Of a stretch of 30,259 nt of DNA, positions 17,381 to 22,869 are shown piece after piece. A program made the translations under genes and the position numbers. How positions within the stretch are numbered: the first letter of the stretch is position 1; each line of letters starts with the position of its first letter. This stretch comes from Mycobacteriales bacterium (lineage in GTDB: Bacteria; Actinomycetota; Actinomycetes; Mycobacteriales; SCTD01): NCBI GenBank assembly GCA_046713755.1, contig JBKKBU010000037.1:1-30259 (forward strand), given 5' to 3'. The notes beneath the pieces are model-generated. The model saw nothing but the letters and a program-made list of their open reading frames with translations. It did no database searches and had not been told where the DNA came from.

Positions 17381-17490
17381 TCAGCAGCTATGGCCAAAGG
17401 TTCATTCGAGTCTGCCGAATCGGACAAACCTGCCGAGCCGTCGGTAGCTGCAGCGTGCGTCCAAGGCTCAGCGTCGGTCCGCACGGGTTC
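17381..17490 (-). promoter_or_regulatory. Two copies of GAACC-N13-GCTGA upstream of sigma 2
   Basis: Copies at 17403-17381 and 17490-17468 with identical spacing. Confidence 0.5.
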
Positions 17491-17529
17491 GGTGTCCGTC
17501 CGGCGGGTCGCTGACTCGTGGGGGTTGGT

Positions 17530-18396
17530 CTACTGGCTGGTGCTGAATCGGCTCTCGTCGGTCTTGCCGGCGAGTTCGTCGGCCTTGACCTGAACCGCCA
17601 GGACGAGCTCGACCTCACCGCCGTAGGTCTGACCGCCGTCACCGACGCCGTCCCACTTGACCCTCCAGCGCAGGCAGTCACCACCCGCGAGCGTGTCCGT
17701 GCGCGCGGTCTGCGCGAAGGACTGACCGAGCGACCAGGTCCACACGGCCTCGCCGGTTGCAGGGTCACTGACGACGAAATCGGTCTCCTGCGCGGTTCGG
17801 AAGCTCAACTGGCCCGACCCCTGCGAGCCGCGGCAGACAAGGGTGTTGAGCGTGTACGTCTTGGCGGACGTGTCCACACTCGCGGTGAGACACCAGTCCC
17901 CGGGGCCAGGCAACACGGTGCCGCCACCCACGCCGCCGTTCTCGTTGCCGCACACCGTCGACAGCCGTTCCGACGTGCGTGTGACCGGCGGTTTCGGGCG
18001 CGCACTTGTCTCGCGGGTCGTCGTAGCTGTCGCACTGACGGCGGGTGCCGGCGCGGTCGACCCTGCCTCGGGTGAGGCGCCAGCGTCGGGCCGGCTCGAG
18101 CTCGACGGCACTGAGGACGCCGAGGCGGTCGGCTCGGAGGTCGGCTCGGCGCTACTCGACGGGCCGACAGCGAACTCGGCCTGCTGCTCAAGACTGATGC
18201 TGCCCGGGCTGACCGCCGCGAGCGCGACAACGGCGACCGCACTCACGGACAGCACCCCGCCGGCGCCGGCAAGCCCAGCCTTCCGGCGGCGACGGCGGCG
18301 AACGAGTTCACCGGCGTGCGCTCGTTCCTCCGCCCGAACGGGCAGTGGACCTGCCGGTCCACCGAGACGGCCGAGGACGTCGTCGAGGTCACTCAT
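17530..18396 (-). CDS. Putative transmembrane anti-sigma/sensor 3 with BsuPI-like domain
   Basis: 8-nt overlap with sigma 3. RRRRRRK then TM helix, then linker, then TVC..DWC..CR..LSFRTAQETDFVV..VWTWSLGQSFAQ..L.GGDCLRWRVKWDG..DGG. Confidence 0.85.
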   Translation of the reverse strand: MSDLDDVLGRLGGPAGPLPVRAEERAHAGELVRRRRRRKAGLAGAGGVLSVSAVAVVALAAVSPGSISLEQQAEFAVGPSSSAEPTSEPTASASSVPSSSSRPDAGASPEAGSTAPAPAVSATATTTRETSARPKPPVTRTSERLSTVCGNENGGVGGGTVLPGPGDWCLTASVDTSAKTYTLNTLVCRGSQGSGQLSFRTAQETDFVVSDPATGEAVWTWSLGQSFAQTARTDTLAGGDCLRWRVKWDGVGDGGQTYGGEVELVLAVQVKADELAGKTDESRFSTSQ

Positions 18397-18880
18397 CAGA
18401 GGCTCCTAGGATCGTGGCCAGCCGGCCGCGCGCCTCGTGGAGACGCTGCTTGACCGTGCCGACGGGACGTTGGGTGAGCTCGGCGACCGATTCGATCGGG
18501 AGGTCGGCGAAGTAGTGCAGGAGCACGGTCGTGCGCAGCCGCGCCGGGAGCCGGTCAACCGCGTCGCGTACGCCGTGGTCCGGCCCCGCAACGGAACTCT
18601 GCGCTGACTCACTGAGCTGGCGCATCGCGCCGTCGTGGCGCTTGCCCTTCGACCAGTGGTCACGAATGAGATTCGTAGCGACCAGGTACACCCACGCGCG
18701 AGGTTGGCGCACACTGCGCCAGCGCGAGAACAAGCGCACCAGCGACTCCTGCGCGATGTCACGAGCGACCTGCTCGTCGCGAGTCAGACGTTGGCAGTAA
18801 CCGGCCAGAGCCGGAAACTGCACTTCGAAGAACTCGTCGAAGGACCCCGCGCCGTCGCTCTTTATGAGCGAGACGTCCAC
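18389..18880 (-). CDS. ECF sigma factor 3
   Basis: FDEFFEVQFPALAGYC..DIAQESLVRLFSRW and LPARLRTTVLLHYFADLPIESVAELTQRPVGTVKQRLHEAR; GTG18880 follows a GGGGGA RBS. Confidence 0.94.
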   Translation of the reverse strand: MDVSLIKSDGAGSFDEFFEVQFPALAGYCQRLTRDEQVARDIAQESLVRLFSRWRSVRQPRAWVYLVATNLIRDHWSKGKRHDGAMRQLSESAQSSVAGPDHGVRDAVDRLPARLRTTVLLHYFADLPIESVAELTQRPVGTVKQRLHEARGRLATILGASDE

Positions 18881-18933
18881 GTTCCCCCACCCCGTGGCAT
18901 CGGCCACTCCCGTCGCAGTGTGCACGTCTCTAA

Positions 18934-18959
18934 GACAGGTGAAGATCGGCGAAGGTTCA
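18934..18959 (-). promoter_or_regulatory. ECF promoter TGAACC-N16-TGTC for sigma 3
   Basis: Exact 16-nt spacer, about 55 nt upstream of GTG18880. Confidence 0.65.
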
Positions 18960-19177
18960 ACCCACATCGTGGCGACTTGCGCAGACGCTCGGGACTGGGC
19001 GTCCACAGCACTGAAGGACGTAGCGCCGATCACGTGATCCCCCTGTGGGTGCACGGTGTCCGGGCCGCCGCCAGCCTCCGTGCGCGACGAGCTGCACGAG
19101 GCCGTCGCGGTCCCGGGCGGCCAGTGCCTCGCTGAACGTGGCGTAGCCGAGGACTCCACGATCAGCCTGACGTTCGA

Positions 19178-19194
19178 GACAAGGTTACCTTGTC
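19178..19194. promoter_or_regulatory. Palindrome GACAAGG-N3-CCTTGTC (putative operator)
   Basis: Perfect 7-bp inverted repeat about 60 nt upstream of the HTH gene. Confidence 0.55.
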
Positions 19195-19256
19195 AGGACC
19201 GGACGTCGCAGGCAGCTCGCGCACGTATGGCATCCAGGACGACCTAAGGGAACCGC

Positions 19257-19535
19257 ATGCCCCGCACCCGTGAACAGCTTCAACAGGCGCTGACCGACAC
19301 CGAGGCATGGCTGGACAACCTGGACCCGGACGCCATCGCGTACCCCGACGCAGGCGGCGCGGACCTGCGCGCGATCGGTGAGGCGCTGCGGGCGGTCGCC
19401 GCCAGCGACCTGGACCTGGCCGATCGCGTCGCGCAGGCCCGCACCCAAGGCAGGACCTGGACGCAGATCGCGACGGTCCTGGGCGTCAGCAAGCAGGCGG
19501 CGCGAGAGCGGTTCGGGGAACCGACCCACCGGTAG
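19257..19535 (+). CDS. Small protein with C-terminal HTH (antitoxin-like regulator)
   Basis: ADRVAQARTQGRTWTQIATVLGVSKQAARERFG is an HTH typical of small actinobacterial regulators; AAGGGA RBS. Confidence 0.8.
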   Translation: MPRTREQLQQALTDTEAWLDNLDPDAIAYPDAGGADLRAIGEALRAVAASDLDLADRVAQARTQGRTWTQIATVLGVSKQAARERFGEPTHR

Positions 19536-19609
19536 TGGTCCCAGCAGGACTCGAACCTGCGACATCCGCCTTGTAAGGGCGGCGCTCTAGCCAACTGAGC
19601 TATAGGACC
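19536..19609 (-). tRNA. tRNA-Val (anticodon TAC), CCA not encoded
   Basis: GGTCCTATAGCTCAGTTGGCTAGAGCG-CCGCC-CT-TAC-AA-GGCGG-ATGTCGCAGGTTCGAGTCCTGC-TGGGACCA; all four stems pair. Confidence 0.98.
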
Positions 19610-19625
19610 TTCGCCGAGGAGGTTA

Positions 19626-20531
19626 GTGGGCGAAGATGCGCAGGTGCCCACCCTCGGTCTCGCCGACAGCGACCCGAGAGCAGTCGGCGAGCACGTCGTC
19701 GCGGCCTGGGATGCTTTCATCGACCTGGCTAGTACGACAGATCTGCACCGCCCTTCCCGGTTGCCCGGCTGGTCCGGCAAGGACGTCTGCGTGCACCTGG
19801 GGGCCTGGGCTGACCGCACCCCGCTGTCCGGGGTCATCGAGAGCGCCCGGTCGGGTGGCACCGGTGGGGTGATCGACCCCGATGCCGACAACGCAGCGAT
19901 TCTCGCCGCCCACGGCGCAGCATCGATCGACGAGGTGTTGGCGGCGCTCGTCAACGCCCGCGATGCCATCGAGGACTTCTTCGACTCCTCGCAGCCAGCC
20001 GAGTTGGGCCGGCTGCTGGCCAGGTCGAGCCTCGGGCAGCTACCGGTGCTCTCGCTCGCCCACGCCACGACCTACGAGCTCGCGGTCCACGCGCTGGACC
20101 TTGCCCCGTGCGGTGCACCCGCTCCACCGGCCGAGCTGCTCGACCGCGGCCTGGCCTCGCTGCTGGACGTCACCGGCGCCCTCGCCGCCCGGGCCGGCAT
20201 CGACATCACCGGCACCGCCCGATCGCCGATGGGTGGCTGGACCTGCACGTCCGTCCCCGGCGACGGCTGGCTGCTGGAGCCGGCCCGCGACTCGTTCGTG
20301 GGTCCAGGGGTGCGCGGCACCGCGGCCGACCTGCTCGACGCCTCGGCCGGCCGGGCCTCGCTCCCCCACCTGCTGGTGTCCCGCCGGCTGGTCGTCCAGC
20401 AGATGACGTCGTTCATGCGCCTGGCACCGATCGTCACCGAGGTGCCCGGCCTGCCCGGTGGGGCGGCGCTGCGGACCGGGGTCGCCGGCCTGGGCAAGGT
20501 CAGCGGTCTGCTGAGCCGGCTACGCCGCTGA
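19626..20531 (+). CDS. MDMPI-N (mycothiol-dependent maleylpyruvate isomerase/DinB superfamily) domain protein
   Basis: AAWDAF..RPSRLPGWSGKDVCVHL..YELAVHALDL motifs; GAGGAGG RBS before the GTG. Confidence 0.8.
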   Translation: MGEDAQVPTLGLADSDPRAVGEHVVAAWDAFIDLASTTDLHRPSRLPGWSGKDVCVHLGAWADRTPLSGVIESARSGGTGGVIDPDADNAAILAAHGAASIDEVLAALVNARDAIEDFFDSSQPAELGRLLARSSLGQLPVLSLAHATTYELAVHALDLAPCGAPAPPAELLDRGLASLLDVTGALAARAGIDITGTARSPMGGWTCTSVPGDGWLLEPARDSFVGPGVRGTAADLLDASAGRASLPHLLVSRRLVVQQMTSFMRLAPIVTEVPGLPGGAALRTGVAGLGKVSGLLSRLRR

Positions 20532-20541
20532 GCCTGCGGGG

Positions 20542-21690
20542 TCAGACCGGCCGGACGACCAGGACGATCTGGGCGCCGGCGGAGCGGGTCAGCACGATGG
20601 TGACCTCCCGGGACCCCGTCAGCTTGAGCTGCCGGCGCAGGGTCTCCGGCTCGACGGCCGTGCCCCGCTTCTTCACGACCAGCGGGCCCGCATCAAGCTC
20701 GCGCAGTCGGGCGCGCAGCCGCTTGAGCGAGAACGGCATGGTCTCGAGGACCTCGTACCAGCGACCGAAAGGCGTCGGCACAGGCGCCGCGGCCGCGATG
20801 TAGGCGATCGTCGCATCGAGCAGCCAGCCGTCGACCAGGCTGACCAGCTCCTCGACGAGGTGCGCCCGCACGACCGCCCCGTCCGGCTCGAGCAGCCAGG
20901 GGCCGGGCGGTCGAACCCTCGGCGTGGGAGCCGCGGAAGCGACGAGCGAGTCGCCACCGGGCAGCAGCGTCGCGGTGCGGGACGCCCCGCGGCGGGCCGC
21001 CCCGCCCCACAGCACGGCTTCCTTCACGTCCCCGCGCAACGACACCACCTCGACCTCGAGCGATGGCGGCAGCAGCGAGTAGTCGATGCCCGGCGCGACC
21101 TTGACGCCGAGCTCGCGCACCTGCCACGCCAGGACCTGGTCCAAGGGCGGGGCGTAGCCACGCGGGTCGAACACCCGGCGGCGCCCGACTCGACGGGCCG
21201 GGTCGACGAAGACCGAGGCGGAGGGTGGGAGCCCGAAGGTCGTCGCGTCGGCGCACACGAGCGACACTGCCGCGCCGAGGACGCGGGCGTTCTCGGCGGC
21301 GAGGAGCAGCCGCGCCTCGTCGAGGTCGACGCCGACCCCCCAGCCGCGCGCCAGCGCTAAGGGGAGCAAGTCACCGCCGACGCCGCAACACAGGTCCAGC
21401 ACCGGGGCCGAGAACCGCTGGGTCCGGTGCACCGCCACGTCGTACGCCGTGGCCTGCTCGAGGGCGCCGGCGGTCCACCACAGCGAGCGTCCGGACGGGT
21501 GCTTGGCGGCCGCTCGCTCCCGCAGCAGGGCCTGCTCCAGCGCCAGCGGACCAAGGACCGGCCCGAACCGCCCGCCGAGAGCGGCCGCTGTCGTGATGCG
21601 GGCCGCCACCCCCAGGTCGTACGCCGACGCGGCCTCGACCGCGATCCGCCCCTCGGCGGACAGCAGCAGCCGCACGGCGGCAGGGGTCAG
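20542..21690 (-). CDS. Class I SAM-dependent methyltransferase with THUMP-like C-terminal domain
   Basis: LEQAT, VLDLCCGVGGD, FVDPARR, VKVAPGID, LEPDGAVVRA and VVKKRG motifs. Start uncertain (CTG21690, GTG21675 or GTG21744). Confidence 0.85.
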   Translation of the reverse strand: MTPAAVRLLLSAEGRIAVEAASAYDLGVAARITTAAALGGRFGPVLGPLALEQALLRERAAAKHPSGRSLWWTAGALEQATAYDVAVHRTQRFSAPVLDLCCGVGGDLLPLALARGWGVGVDLDEARLLLAAENARVLGAAVSLVCADATTFGLPPSASVFVDPARRVGRRRVFDPRGYAPPLDQVLAWQVRELGVKVAPGIDYSLLPPSLEVEVVSLRGDVKEAVLWGGAARRGASRTATLLPGGDSLVASAAPTPRVRPPGPWLLEPDGAVVRAHLVEELVSLVDGWLLDATIAYIAAAAPVPTPFGRWYEVLETMPFSLKRLRARLRELDAGPLVVKKRGTAVEPETLRRQLKLTGSREVTIVLTRSAGAQIVLVVRPV

Positions 21691-22142
21691 CGGCGCTGCT
21701 TGGAGCGCGCGGCCTTGGGCGAGACCAGGCGGGTGCCCGACCACTCCGGTGCGGCGCTCGTGGACCGGGTGCTCGACAGCCCGGCAGTCGGCGCCGCCTC
21801 GTCGATGTCGGCGGGCTCGACGTGGCCGGGTCGACCGGCCTTGGGCGTCAACAGCCAGATGCTGCCGCTGTCGGCGAGGTTGTGCAGGGAGTCGACGAGC
21901 GCGTCGACGAGGTCGCCGTCACCCTCCCGCCACCACAGCAGGACGACGTCGACGACGTCATCCGAGTCATCGGAGTAGATCGCCTCGGTCCCTGTCCGGG
22001 TGGCGACGTCGTCGAGGAGCGAGGTGTCGACGTCGGTGTCGTCCAAGGGACCGGTACCGACGACCTGCACCACCATGCCGGGCTCGAGACCCAACTTTTC
22101 GGCCAGCCCGCGGTGCCCCGCGTGGTCCGCGGAGGTGCTCAC
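21687..22142 (-). CDS. DUF3052 domain protein (Rv2239c-like)
   Basis: LAEKLGLEPGMVVQ, DVVDVVLLWWREGDGDLVDALVD, IWLLTPKAGR and WSGTRLVSPK motifs; sits between tRNA-Val and aceE as in other actinobacteria. Confidence 0.93.
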   Translation of the reverse strand: MSTSADHAGHRGLAEKLGLEPGMVVQVVGTGPLDDTDVDTSLLDDVATRTGTEAIYSDDSDDVVDVVLLWWREGDGDLVDALVDSLHNLADSGSIWLLTPKAGRPGHVEPADIDEAAPTAGLSSTRSTSAAPEWSGTRLVSPKAARSKQRR

Positions 22143-22398
22143 TCGTCGACCCCTTCCGTACCGCCCCTGGCGGGGCGCGTGGGCGTAGTCCACCGGACCT
22201 GATCGTCCGGCGCAAGTGCCACGAGTGTGGGACATGCCCCAACGAGGGTTGACTCGGCCGGTGAGCGGCCCGTGGCGAGCGCCGACCACGACCATCTGGA
22301 GCCCCTCGCCGAGCGGTGTCTGCTTGCTGACACCTGCTCCGGTCGCCGATGGCTAGGGTCGGTCCCACCCAGCCCCCGACTGCCTGTGGAGGCCTGCT

Positions 22399-22836
22399 GT
22401 GCGTGTCAAGAAGCTGAGTGCGAAGAAGGACCGTCGCGAGATCGCGGCGACGCTGCGGGAGCTGCCACTGTTCGCCCCTTGCAGCAGCAGCGACCTCGAG
22501 CTGCTGGCCGGCGCCGGTCGACTGCTGCACCTCCACGCCGGCTGGACGATCATGGCGGCCGACACCCCTGCCGACTCGCTCTACGTGCTGGTCGACGGCA
22601 CCACCGCCGTACGTCGGGGGCAACAGCTGCTCGCCCAGCTCGGCCCGGGTTCAGTCATCGGAGAGACCGCCCTGCTCGAGGGTCGGTTGCGGACCGCGAC
22701 CGTGTCGGCGGAGAGCGATGTCACCATGCTGCGCATCGGCTACGACGAGCTCGGTCCGCTGCTCGAAGCCCGCCCGAACCTCAAGCAGGTGATCCAGGGC
22801 GAGTACGACCGCAAGCACCTGCCCACCGGCGCCTAG
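22399..22836 (+). CDS. Stand-alone cyclic-nucleotide-binding domain protein
   Basis: LPLFA..LYVLVDG..LGPGSVIGETALLEGRLRTATVSA, an intact phosphate-binding cassette; GGAGG RBS; no HTH. Confidence 0.9.
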   Translation: MRVKKLSAKKDRREIAATLRELPLFAPCSSSDLELLAGAGRLLHLHAGWTIMAADTPADSLYVLVDGTTAVRRGQQLLAQLGPGSVIGETALLEGRLRTATVSAESDVTMLRIGYDELGPLLEARPNLKQVIQGEYDRKHLPTGA

Positions 22837-22869
22837 CGGCTACCGGCGAGTAGCGGGTTGGATGGGGGG

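Larger units (their letters stand above)
11235..19535. mobile_element. Candidate degenerate genomic islet at the tRNA-Val 3' end
   Basis: Abuts the tRNA 3' end and carries two TA pairs, gene remnants and accessory regulators. No intact integrase or att duplication seen; the left boundary is uncertain. Confidence 0.35.

Noticed and set aside
13838-18880. Diversity-generating retroelement or shufflon explanation for the paralog array
   Set aside because: No reverse transcriptase or invertase, and no long near-identical template/variable repeat pair. The similarity is protein-level paralogy.
19020-19060. ADHVIPLWVHG resembling an HNH nuclease motif
   Set aside because: It arises from the palindrome GATCACGTGATC; there is no following N/H motif or CxxC, and the frame is mostly antisense to sigma 3.
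11212-19535. attL/attR duplication of the tRNA-Val 3' end, or an intact integrase or transposase
   Set aside because: None found by eye in the window, so the islet call is kept at low confidence.
22193-22220. ACCTGATC...GGCGCAAG resembling part of a TPP riboswitch (also GGGACTCC..CTGAG near 25868)
   Set aside because: The other half of the aptamer is missing in each case, and no thiamine gene is adjacent.
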